Assembly: GCA_947626645.1 (NCBI GenBank)
Contig: CANQSZ010000001.1
Span: 1 to 47,067, forward strand
Origin: Candidatus Gastranaerophilales bacterium
GTDB taxonomy: Bacteria; Cyanobacteriota; Vampirovibrionia; Gastranaerophilales; Gastranaerophilaceae
Reading direction: 5' to 3'
Length of the DNA stretch: 47,067 nucleotides
Shown here: in pieces, positions 37,884-45,550 of the stretch
How the letters are laid out: the number at the start of each line of letters is the position of its first letter
How positions within the stretch are numbered: position 1 is the first letter of the stretch
Notes under the pieces: generated by a model
What the model was told of the DNA's origin: nothing
Database searches by the model: none
Seen by the model: the letters and a program-made list of their open reading frames with translations, nothing else
Translations under genes and position numbers: made by a program

Positions 37884-38023
37884 TTTGTGGTGGGTCGGCG
37901 GATTTGCGGACGGACGGAGCGGAGCGAGTCCGGATAGCGAGTGAATTGAGCCAACTGCGGCGAAGTCCGCAAAGGCGAAACTTCACGAGCACGGAGCAAA
38001 TCCAAGACAGCGCAAGCGAGCAT

Positions 38024-38078
38024 AAAAAAGACTCCGAAAGGGGTCTTTTTTAATATCAGCAGTAGGACAAGAACCACA
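38024..38078 (+). repeat. Copy 2 of the approximately 57-bp direct repeat; its hairpin (38029-38046) also serves as terminator for the minus-strand TA genes
   Basis: AAAAAAGACTCCGAAAGGGGTCTTTTTTAATATCAGCAGTAGGACAAGAACCACA. Roughly 50 of 57 positions are identical to copy 1. Confidence 0.85.
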
Positions 38079-38085
38079 ATATTTA

Positions 38086-38439
38086 CTAAGCTGATTTTAA
38101 TTGTATTTTATAGCCTAAGCCATTTATGAGTTTTAGTGTTGTGCTGATTTTAGGTTGAACTTTACCGTTTAAAATATCTGATAAATTACCTCTATCCATT
38201 TTTAATTCACGTGCAAGAGAAGAAATTGCTCCGCGTCCGCGAGCTTTTACGACATATTGCAGAGAACGAATAAAAGCATCGATGTTACCGTCTTTTGCAA
38301 ATTCTTCCAATGATGTTTCTAAGTAAACCCTTTGATAATCTTTATCTTGTAAATGTTTTTGCATTAAATCATCATGACTGACAGTATCAGACATAACTTT
38401 ATCCATATCTAAATTTAATTTTTCTGAAGAATTTTTCAT
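38086..38439 (-). CDS. HigA-family addiction-module antidote protein (HTH), with no adjacent killer gene
   Basis: 117 aa. YLETSLEEF..DGNIDAFIRSLQYVVKARGRGAISSLARELKMDRGNLSDILNGKVQPKISTTLKLINGLGYKIQL matches the COG3636-type antidote pattern. Confidence 0.7.
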   Translation of the reverse strand: MKNSSEKLNLDMDKVMSDTVSHDDLMQKHLQDKDYQRVYLETSLEEFAKDGNIDAFIRSLQYVVKARGRGAISSLARELKMDRGNLSDILNGKVQPKISTTLKLINGLGYKIQLKSA

Positions 38440-38494
38440 TTTTATATTATTTGTTTTAGGCGTTCATTTTTCGACATAAATATTACCTGATTAT

Positions 38495-38522
38495 ATTGTA
38501 GGGTATAACCGACAAAAGTCAA
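38495..38522 (-). promoter_or_regulatory. Sigma70-like promoter for the higA-like gene
   Basis: Minus strand reads TTGACT (38517-38522), 16-nt spacer, TACAAT (38495-38500). It lies in the 110-nt gap after the hipA stop. Confidence 0.45.
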
Positions 38523-38549
38523 GGTGTTGAATTTTATAATTTCTAAATA

Positions 38550-39788
38550 CTAAAATTCTTTTAATAATTTAGTACAATTCTTTTGCACAACGGATAAAAT
38601 ATCTTTTCCTATGTTATTTTCAAAACTGTTTATAACAATATTTACAATACTTGGAAGAATTTCGCACTGATTTTTTATAACTTTTTTTAGTTGAGTAAAG
38701 CTGATATCATTTTCGTTTGCTAATTTTTCAAAGTGTCTTAATAAAATCTCATTGTGTTTATAATGCCCGCCGATTTTCATAGCCATTTTATTTGACAATT
38801 CAGGATATACTTGAGAACAAAGAATATCGTATGCCGGTGCAAATCTTATTTTAGAGGTGTCATAATGCAGAATAGAAAAATTCTTGCCATGAGCATCATT
38901 ATTTCCGATTAAGTAGTTGAAAATCATTAGTTGAATAAATTGACTAATTGCAACAGCAGGTTGAGATGTCATTCTTAAAATTTCAAAACATCTTTTATAA
39001 TCAACGCCTCCTTCTGCTTGGTATTTGTATGCGCTTGAAATATCGGATGCCTGACAAAAATCTTCCTGATGAATTCTTTTTATTTTGTTATCAATTATTG
39101 TTCTGTCGTATCTTTGAATTAACAAGTATTTTGTTTTATTAGCATACCCGATTTTGAAATCAGGCACATTGATTCCTAACCCTTGAGCTGATTTTAAGCA
39201 TATAAATTCATTTTCAATTGTTTCATTAAATCCGTTTATTGCAGGTTTTAAGATATGACTTGTAGGCACATTATTTTTTGGAAGTCCAATTTGTCCGTTT
39301 ACAACAATTACGGAAGTTTTGTCCTGTGCACCGGCTAAAGATAATCGCATATCTTCAAACCCCGTTGCTAATGGTTTTTGAGGAAGTTCATTTATAAGTT
39401 TTTCAAGTTCGTTTTCCGATAATGGCGTATAATTTATTTGATAAGTTTCTTGCAAGTATTTTGAAGGTGTTTGTTTATCCCCGTTGTCAAAAAATGAAAC
39501 AGCACCTGCGCAATCATAACCTATTGCTTGCAGCATTGAAAAATCATTTTTAGAATTAATTCCGTATTTTTTCCCGATAGCAATTCTTGTATGTTCGCTC
39601 TCGGGTAATAAACCGTTAAAAAACCCTTTGCATTGCCTGTTGTCAAAAGGTTCTTTTTGAATGGGCAAACTTAAAGACAAGATTCTGTCGGTATTGTCAG
39701 AATATTGAAAAATCATGCCGCCATTACCGTCTTTTTCTAATGTTCCGATATATTTATCATTCAAAAATACGTTCAATGAATTACTCAA
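38550..39788 (-). CDS. hipA: HipA-family Ser/Thr kinase toxin
   Basis: 412 aa. HipA N-terminal coupling domain (LNVFLNDKYIGTLEKDGNGGMIFQYS), SLAGAQDKTSV, and the catalytic loop GNNDAHGKNFSIL followed by APAYD. Confidence 0.9.
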   Translation of the reverse strand: MSNSLNVFLNDKYIGTLEKDGNGGMIFQYSDNTDRILSLSLPIQKEPFDNRQCKGFFNGLLPESEHTRIAIGKKYGINSKNDFSMLQAIGYDCAGAVSFFDNGDKQTPSKYLQETYQINYTPLSENELEKLINELPQKPLATGFEDMRLSLAGAQDKTSVIVVNGQIGLPKNNVPTSHILKPAINGFNETIENEFICLKSAQGLGINVPDFKIGYANKTKYLLIQRYDRTIIDNKIKRIHQEDFCQASDISSAYKYQAEGGVDYKRCFEILRMTSQPAVAISQFIQLMIFNYLIGNNDAHGKNFSILHYDTSKIRFAPAYDILCSQVYPELSNKMAMKIGGHYKHNEILLRHFEKLANENDISFTQLKKVIKNQCEILPSIVNIVINSFENNIGKDILSVVQKNCTKLLKEF

Positions 39789-40020
39789 TATCTACCCCAC
39801 TACTTTTATCAAAACCGGACTTCATATCTATTATGATACCTAAAGCGTTGCAAACATCTATAACTTTTCCGATTTGAGCGGTTTTTTTGCCGTTTTCCAA
39901 ATCAACAAGAAACCTTATTCCAACATTAGCTGCAATTGCCAAGTCAGCTTGCGTAAGATGCTGGGCTTTGCGCATTTTTTTTACATAATCTCCTAATTTT
40001 TTAGTATTTGAAATGTTCAT
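39781..40020 (-). CDS. hipB: HipB-like XRE-family antitoxin
   Basis: 79 aa. HTH LTQADLAIAANVGIRFLVDLENGKKTAQIGKV. Its 3' end overlaps the hipA start by 8 nt. Confidence 0.8.
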   Translation of the reverse strand: MNISNTKKLGDYVKKMRKAQHLTQADLAIAANVGIRFLVDLENGKKTAQIGKVIDVCNALGIIIDMKSGFDKSSGVDIE

Positions 40021-40023
40021 TTT

Positions 40024-40138
40024 TTTACCTATCGGTAAAATTTTACAACATTTCTAATAAAAAATCAAGATTTTTTACCGAGCGGTAAAAATATTGGCTT
40101 AGAGATTAATTTATCATCGAAATTTACCGTACGGTAAA
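40024..40138. promoter_or_regulatory. Three TTTACC-N4-GGTAAA operator palindromes framing the hipB promoter
   Basis: Palindromes at 40024-40039, 40074-40089 and 40123-40138, with centre spacing of 50 and 49 bp. Minus-strand promoter TTGATT (40063-40068), 17-nt spacer, TAAAAT (40040-40045) lies between sites 1 and 2. Confidence 0.6.
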
Positions 40139-40307
40139 TTTTATAAAGTACTCCTTTTGAAAACTAACCAAACCTTAACAAAAATTAATATTTAAAAGAA
40201 AAAAGACAAAATTTAAAGGTATTCATGTGTTATAATAATTAAACACAATTTTTATTGTGGCAGTAGGACTCAGAATGAAAAATTCGATTCGGAAAGGTGT
40301 GTAAATT

Positions 40308-41228
40308 ATGGTAGATGCTGTTAAACCGTTCAATAAAGAAATAACCGGTGTCAATATTGATAAACAAAAATATATAAAACCCGATGCGGAAGATATTATT
40401 GGTGGAGTTGTTGCGGGTTCTGCGGTGCAAAGTTTAACCGCCATGCCACTTAATAAAGCTGCATCTAAAATTACGAAAAAAGCAAGAAAAATCAGTAATT
40501 CTCTTTCGGCAGATGAATTTACTCAAATTGAAAAAGCTGTTGCGGATACGATTAAAAATTCGGGTTTAGAAGCCAAAGGAGTAGGTATAATCAAAGCTAC
40601 GACAGAAAATGCCGAAGAATTGTCAAAAATAGCAGCAAAAGAAGCAAATAGAGGTATTCTTAAATATTTGCCGCATAAGGTTAAAGAAATACTTGGCAGT
40701 ATCTTTTCAATGCAAGTGAAATCAGGTAACAATGCTTTTTATACTTTTGCAAGTAAAAAAATTATTATGCCTGAAAAGGGACTCGGACTTGCGCTTTTCC
40801 ATGAAACAGGTCATGCAATGAATGCAAATTTAAGCAAATTCGGTAAAGCACTTCAAAAATGTCGCCCGATGGCATTTTTGGCATTGCCCGTTTCATTAAT
40901 CGCATTATTGAAAACAAAGAAAGCTCCCGGTGAAGAACCTAAAAACGGTTTAGATAAAACGACAACATTTATAAAAAATAACGCAGGGAAATTATCATTT
41001 GCAGCATTTTTACCAATGTTAGTTGAAGAAGGTATGGCAAGTGCAAAAGGGAATAAATTTGCAAAACAACTTTTAAGCCCCGAATTGGCGAAAAAAGTTG
41101 CAAAGGCAAATGCTTTAGGATTTTCGACTTATGTACTTTTGGCAGCATTGAGTGGTTTGGGTATTTGTTTGGGTACAAAAGTTAAAGATGCTGTTGCAAG
41201 TAAAGAATTAGCCGCTGAAAGCAAATAA
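40308..41228 (+). CDS. Membrane-associated HExxH protein, possible YugP/Zn_peptidase_2-like zinc metallopeptidase
   Basis: 306 aa. NAFYTFASKKIIMPEKGLGLALFHETGHAMN (HETGH at 40800-40814) resembles the YugP-family active-site region. Hydrophobic segments follow it. An extended -10 TGTTATAAT lies upstream. Confidence 0.5.
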   Translation: MVDAVKPFNKEITGVNIDKQKYIKPDAEDIIGGVVAGSAVQSLTAMPLNKAASKITKKARKISNSLSADEFTQIEKAVADTIKNSGLEAKGVGIIKATTENAEELSKIAAKEANRGILKYLPHKVKEILGSIFSMQVKSGNNAFYTFASKKIIMPEKGLGLALFHETGHAMNANLSKFGKALQKCRPMAFLALPVSLIALLKTKKAPGEEPKNGLDKTTTFIKNNAGKLSFAAFLPMLVEEGMASAKGNKFAKQLLSPELAKKVAKANALGFSTYVLLAALSGLGICLGTKVKDAVASKELAAESK

Positions 41229-41364
41229 AACAGTACATAAAAATTTTATAAAAGTAACCAAAACTTAACATAATATTGATTTGTTAGCATGCCGGTATTA
41301 GTATAATTTAGGTGTTAAAAGTTAAGGAACAGCGAATTTATTATAAAAAATCGGAGGATTTATT

Positions 41365-42237
41365 TTGACGGAAATTTTGGTATCGGTAATTGTTCCTTTT
41401 TACAATCGTGAAAATTATCTTGAAAAATGTTTAACGAGTTTGGTTAATCAGACATTAAAAGATATTGAAATCATTTGCGTTGATGACGGTTCTTCGGATA
41501 ATTCCATGGAAATTGTACGGGGTTTTGCCTCAAAAGACGCTCGTATAAAAATCATTCAACAGAAGAATTTAAAACAGGGAGCAGCCAGAAATGCCGGAGT
41601 TAATATAGCGCAAGGCGAATACATCGGGTTTGTAGATTCTGATGATTGGGTAGATTCTGATTATTTCGAAAAACTCTATAACACCGCCAAAAAATATGAT
41701 TCGGATATTTCGCTTGCCGACGTGATTAGGGTCGGAAACGGAAAATCCAAAAGGCGTTTCAATATTACCGACGAAAAATTTTACACCTCTTTGCAAGACA
41801 AAACGGATATCAATAAACAATGGAAAGAGGGTTGTCCGACAAACAAATTGTACAGAAAAAGTTTGCTGGACAAATACGATATAAAATTTCCCGAAGGGGT
41901 TTATTACGAAGATAAAATCTACACGACAAAAGCAATATACTATGCCAACGGGATTGTAACCGTTCCGTCGGTTGCATATTACTATTGGAGAACTCCCGAT
42001 TCAACCGTTAAAAGTAACAATTCAAAAAAACTGCTTGACAAAAATAACGCGCGGCTTGAGGTTTTGAAGTTTTTGAAAGAAAACAACGCCCAATTAAGAG
42101 ATAAAGATTTTTGGGCGGTAACGGATGAAAAAAAGATTTTTGGTATTCCGATAATTACCGAAAAAAGCAGCTTAAAAACAAAAAGATATTATCTGTTTTC
42201 CTTTATAAAAATTTTTGAAAGGAGAACGGATGCCTGA
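41365..42237 (+). CDS. Glycosyltransferase family 2
   Basis: 290 aa, TTG start with a GGAGGA RBS. Has VSVIVPFYNRENYLEKCLTSLVNQTLKDIEIICVDDGSSD ... GEYIGFVDSDDW. Confidence 0.85.
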   Translation: MTEILVSVIVPFYNRENYLEKCLTSLVNQTLKDIEIICVDDGSSDNSMEIVRGFASKDARIKIIQQKNLKQGAARNAGVNIAQGEYIGFVDSDDWVDSDYFEKLYNTAKKYDSDISLADVIRVGNGKSKRRFNITDEKFYTSLQDKTDINKQWKEGCPTNKLYRKSLLDKYDIKFPEGVYYEDKIYTTKAIYYANGIVTVPSVAYYYWRTPDSTVKSNNSKKLLDKNNARLEVLKFLKENNAQLRDKDFWAVTDEKKIFGIPIITEKSSLKTKRYYLFSFIKIFERRTDA

Positions 42238-43327
42238 AAACGAGATTAGACCGAAAGTATCGGTCGTGATACCTTCATATAAAATGGAAAAATATCTTTC
42301 CAAATGTTTGGATAGCGTCGTTAATCAAACGCTAAAAGATATTGAAATAATAGTTGTTGATGAAGGGGATATGGATGAAAGCAGGGCAATCACTGATTTA
42401 TACAAGGAAAAAGACCCCAGAATAGTCGGGCTGCACGCAAAACATGGCGGTTACGGTGCGTCTATGAATGCCGCTTTTGATATTGCTAAGGGCGAATACA
42501 TCGGAATAGTTGAGGCAGACGATTTTGCGGATGTCAATATGTTTGAAGATTTGTACAAAATCGCGGATAAAACGGGTGCCGATATTGTAAAATCCGATTA
42601 CAATTTTTATGCTCACAAAACTTCACAATCCCGAAAAGTCGGCATGATTTCAAAAGCCAGAAATAACAAAGTTTTGAATATAAAACAGGATTCTACAATT
42701 CTGCGGATGCGACCGACAATTTGGACTGCCATTTATAAAAATGAATTTTTAAAAGAAAACAATATTAAATTTCTAACCACCAAAGGCGGGAGTTATCAAG
42801 ATACTTCTTTTGCTTTTAAAACATTAGCTTTGGCACAAAAAATAGCATTTACAACCAAATCTTATTTGTACTATAATACCGATAACGAAAATTCATCCGT
42901 CAAATCCAAAGGAAAAGTTTATGCAATATGTGATGAATTTGCCGAATTGACGAATTTTATTAACGAACATTCCGAAATAAAACAGTACGCCAATACCGAA
43001 AAATTAATTAAACAATACAATGCGTACATCTGGAATATCATCAGAATCGATGAAAATTACAGGGAAGAATTTGTATCAAGATTTGCGAACGAATTTAAAG
43101 AATTTTATAAAAACGGCGAAATAACCGAAGATTTTTATAAAAATGTAAATAAAAAAGATTTCAATTTTCTTATAAATGATAAAAAAAGATTTATGGAAAA
43201 GATGAAAAAGAAAATAAAAAGACATGAATTACATGAAAAAAGGAATAAGAAATTTTCAATAAGAATAAATACAACACGAATTAGTATAGTATTATTCGGA
43301 AAACAAGTATTACATTTAGAATATTAA
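42230..43327 (+). CDS. Glycosyltransferase family 2 with an extended C-terminal region
   Basis: ATG 42230 (MPENEIRPKVSVVIPSY) with an AAAGGAG RBS, overlapping the previous stop. Has NQTLKDIEIIVVDEG ... GEYIGIVEADDF. Confidence 0.85.
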   Translation: MPENEIRPKVSVVIPSYKMEKYLSKCLDSVVNQTLKDIEIIVVDEGDMDESRAITDLYKEKDPRIVGLHAKHGGYGASMNAAFDIAKGEYIGIVEADDFADVNMFEDLYKIADKTGADIVKSDYNFYAHKTSQSRKVGMISKARNNKVLNIKQDSTILRMRPTIWTAIYKNEFLKENNIKFLTTKGGSYQDTSFAFKTLALAQKIAFTTKSYLYYNTDNENSSVKSKGKVYAICDEFAELTNFINEHSEIKQYANTEKLIKQYNAYIWNIIRIDENYREEFVSRFANEFKEFYKNGEITEDFYKNVNKKDFNFLINDKKRFMEKMKKKIKRHELHEKRNKKFSIRINTTRISIVLFGKQVLHLEY

Positions 43328-43340
43328 AAAGGAGAAATAT

Positions 43341-44294
43341 ATGAGAATATTATTAACCGGCGGAGCAGGATTTATCGGAAGTCATTTGGCTGACGAACTT
43401 TTAAACCAAGGAAATGAAGTAGTTATTTTTGATAACTTGTCTTTGGGCAGAATGAGCAATATTGAAACCGCTTTGAAAAATCCGAACTGCAAATTTATCA
43501 AAGGCGATATACTCAATAAAGAAGAATTATTTTCCGTATTTGCGGACAACAATTTTGATGTGGTATTTCACATGGCTGCAAATTCCGATATAGCAAAAAG
43601 CCATGCAAATCCTGACGTGGATTTTGGGAATACTCTTACAACAACGTATAACGTATTGTTAGGGATGAAAGAATACGGAGTAAAAAGTATAGTATTTGCA
43701 TCAACATCGGCAATATACGGCGATGCGGGAGTGAGCGTTGATGAAGATTTCGGACCTTTATTCCCGATTTCTCATTATGGTGCATCAAAATTAGCGTCTG
43801 AAGCGTTTATTTCAAGTTTCTGCGAAAATTACGGGATAAAAGCATGGATTACAAGATTTCCGAATGTAGTCGGCGAACGTGCAACACACGGTGCTATTTA
43901 TGATTTTATAAACAAATTGAAGAAAAATCCGAACGAATTGGAAGTTTTAGGCGACGGAACACAAATAAAACCGTATTTGTACGTAAAAGATTTGGTTGAA
44001 GCAATTATTACTGTTTGGAAGAATACAAACGAACAGGTAAATTATTTTAATATCGGAGTAGAATCAAGAACGACGGTAAAAGAAATGGCAGAAATGGTAA
44101 TAGAAGAAATGAAATTGCCCGCAACAATAAGATATACCGGCGGAAATAAAGGCTGGGTAGGCGATGTACCTCAGTTCAGCTATAGTCTTGATAAAATCCA
44201 TAATTTGGGTTGGAGCGCGAAAGTTTCTTCAAACGAAGCCGTCAGAAAATCTATTCAATACATATTGGAGCAAGATTTATGCAAACAGTTATAA
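43341..44294 (+). CDS. NAD-dependent epimerase/dehydratase (extended SDR)
   Basis: 317 aa. Rossmann motif GGAGFIGSHL and catalytic YGASKLASE (YxxxK). Sits immediately upstream of the heptose-nucleotide genes. Confidence 0.85.
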   Translation: MRILLTGGAGFIGSHLADELLNQGNEVVIFDNLSLGRMSNIETALKNPNCKFIKGDILNKEELFSVFADNNFDVVFHMAANSDIAKSHANPDVDFGNTLTTTYNVLLGMKEYGVKSIVFASTSAIYGDAGVSVDEDFGPLFPISHYGASKLASEAFISSFCENYGIKAWITRFPNVVGERATHGAIYDFINKLKKNPNELEVLGDGTQIKPYLYVKDLVEAIITVWKNTNEQVNYFNIGVESRTTVKEMAEMVIEEMKLPATIRYTGGNKGWVGDVPQFSYSLDKIHNLGWSAKVSSNEAVRKSIQYILEQDLCKQL

Positions 44295-45550
44295 TCGCCG
44301 GCGGAAAAGGTACACGCTTAGGGTTGAAAGATATCCCGAAACCGATGGTAAAAATTGCCGATAAACCGCTTTTGGAACATCAAATAGAGTTGGCAAAAAG
44401 ATACGGAAGTGATGAAATATTTATTTTGTCGGGTCATTTGGCTGATGTTATAACCGATTATTTCGGGAACGGTGAAAAATTCGGGGTAAAAATTCATCAT
44501 GTGATTGAACCGTATCCTTTGGGTACGGCAGGAAGCCTTAAACTTTTGGAAGGAAAACTTGATGAAAGGTTCATGGTATTTTACGGCGATGTTGTAATGG
44601 ATTTTGATTTGGACAGTTTTATCGCATTTGATAAACAACATGATTCTGTTGGTACAACATTGGTTCACCCCAATGACCACCCTTATGACAGTGATTTGTT
44701 GGAAGTTGACGAAAATTGTAAAGTTACAAGAGTAATCCCAAAACCGCATAATGACGGTGAATATTATCAAAATCTCGTGAATGCGGCGGTTTATATTTTT
44801 TCCGATAAAGTATTTCGTTATATAGAAGAAGGTGTTTCACAAGATTTCGGGAAACGTATTTTGCCAAAAATTGTATCACAAGGGGGTGAATTGTACGCTT
44901 ATAAAACACCGGAATACATAAAAGATATGGGAACGGCGGAAAGGTTTGAAAAGGTTAAAGACGATTTTGTATGCGGAAAAGTCGCAAGATTAAATAAGAA
45001 AAATAAACGTTCCTGCATATTTTTAGACAGAGACGGTGTTATAAACAAAAACATGGACACCAATCCTACGGTTAAAGATTTTGAACTGTTAGACGGGGTT
45101 GCACAAGCAATACACAAAATCAACAAAAGCGACTATTTGTCTGTCGTTGTAACAAATCAACCTATGATTGCCAAGGGTTTTGTAACTTTTGAACAGGTTA
45201 ATGAAACACATAAAAAAATGGAAACATTACTTGGTGAACAGGGCGCGTTTTTAAATGCGATATATTATTGCCCTCATCACCCCGATAAAGGTTTTGAAGG
45301 TGAGGTTAAGGAATTAAAAATCGATTGTGAATGCAGAAAACCAAAGCCGGGGATGTTGTTAAAAGCCGCCGAGGATATGAATATAGATTTAAAAAATTCG
45401 TGGATGATAGGAGACAGCAAAAGAGATATCGACGCGGGTAAAAATGCGGGATGTAAAACGATTTTCATTTCGCAAGAGAACACGACGGGAGCTGATTTTG
45501 TCGCGAAGAATTTGGAACAGGCAGTGAAGATTATTTTGGAGGAAAATTAA
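44279..45550 (+). CDS. Fused D-glycero-alpha-D-manno-heptose 1-phosphate guanylyltransferase (HddC-like) / D,D-heptose 1,7-bisphosphate phosphatase (GmhB-like)
   Basis: ATG 44279 (MQTVIIAGGKGTRLG), which overlaps the SDR gene by 16 nt. N-terminal nucleotidyltransferase domain. C-terminal HAD domain with FLDRDGVIN, VVTNQP, the Zn-site pattern CPHHPD...CECRKPKPGM, and GDSKRDIDAG. Confidence 0.85.
   Translation: MQTVIIAGGKGTRLGLKDIPKPMVKIADKPLLEHQIELAKRYGSDEIFILSGHLADVITDYFGNGEKFGVKIHHVIEPYPLGTAGSLKLLEGKLDERFMVFYGDVVMDFDLDSFIAFDKQHDSVGTTLVHPNDHPYDSDLLEVDENCKVTRVIPKPHNDGEYYQNLVNAAVYIFSDKVFRYIEEGVSQDFGKRILPKIVSQGGELYAYKTPEYIKDMGTAERFEKVKDDFVCGKVARLNKKNKRSCIFLDRDGVINKNMDTNPTVKDFELLDGVAQAIHKINKSDYLSVVVTNQPMIAKGFVTFEQVNETHKKMETLLGEQGAFLNAIYYCPHHPDKGFEGEVKELKIDCECRKPKPGMLLKAAEDMNIDLKNSWMIGDSKRDIDAGKNAGCKTIFISQENTTGADFVAKNLEQAVKIILEEN

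Noticed and set aside
40155-41277. Approximately 35-nt similar stretches (TTTT.AAAA.TAACCAAA.CTTAACA...TAATATT) upstream of the HExxH gene (40155-40192) and upstream of the GT2 gene (41244-41277)
   Set aside because: With per-base match probability near 0.28 in this AT-rich DNA, a 21-mer with two mismatches is expected a few times by chance in a 47-kb self-comparison. The similarity also needs an indel to extend. It is not significant on its own.
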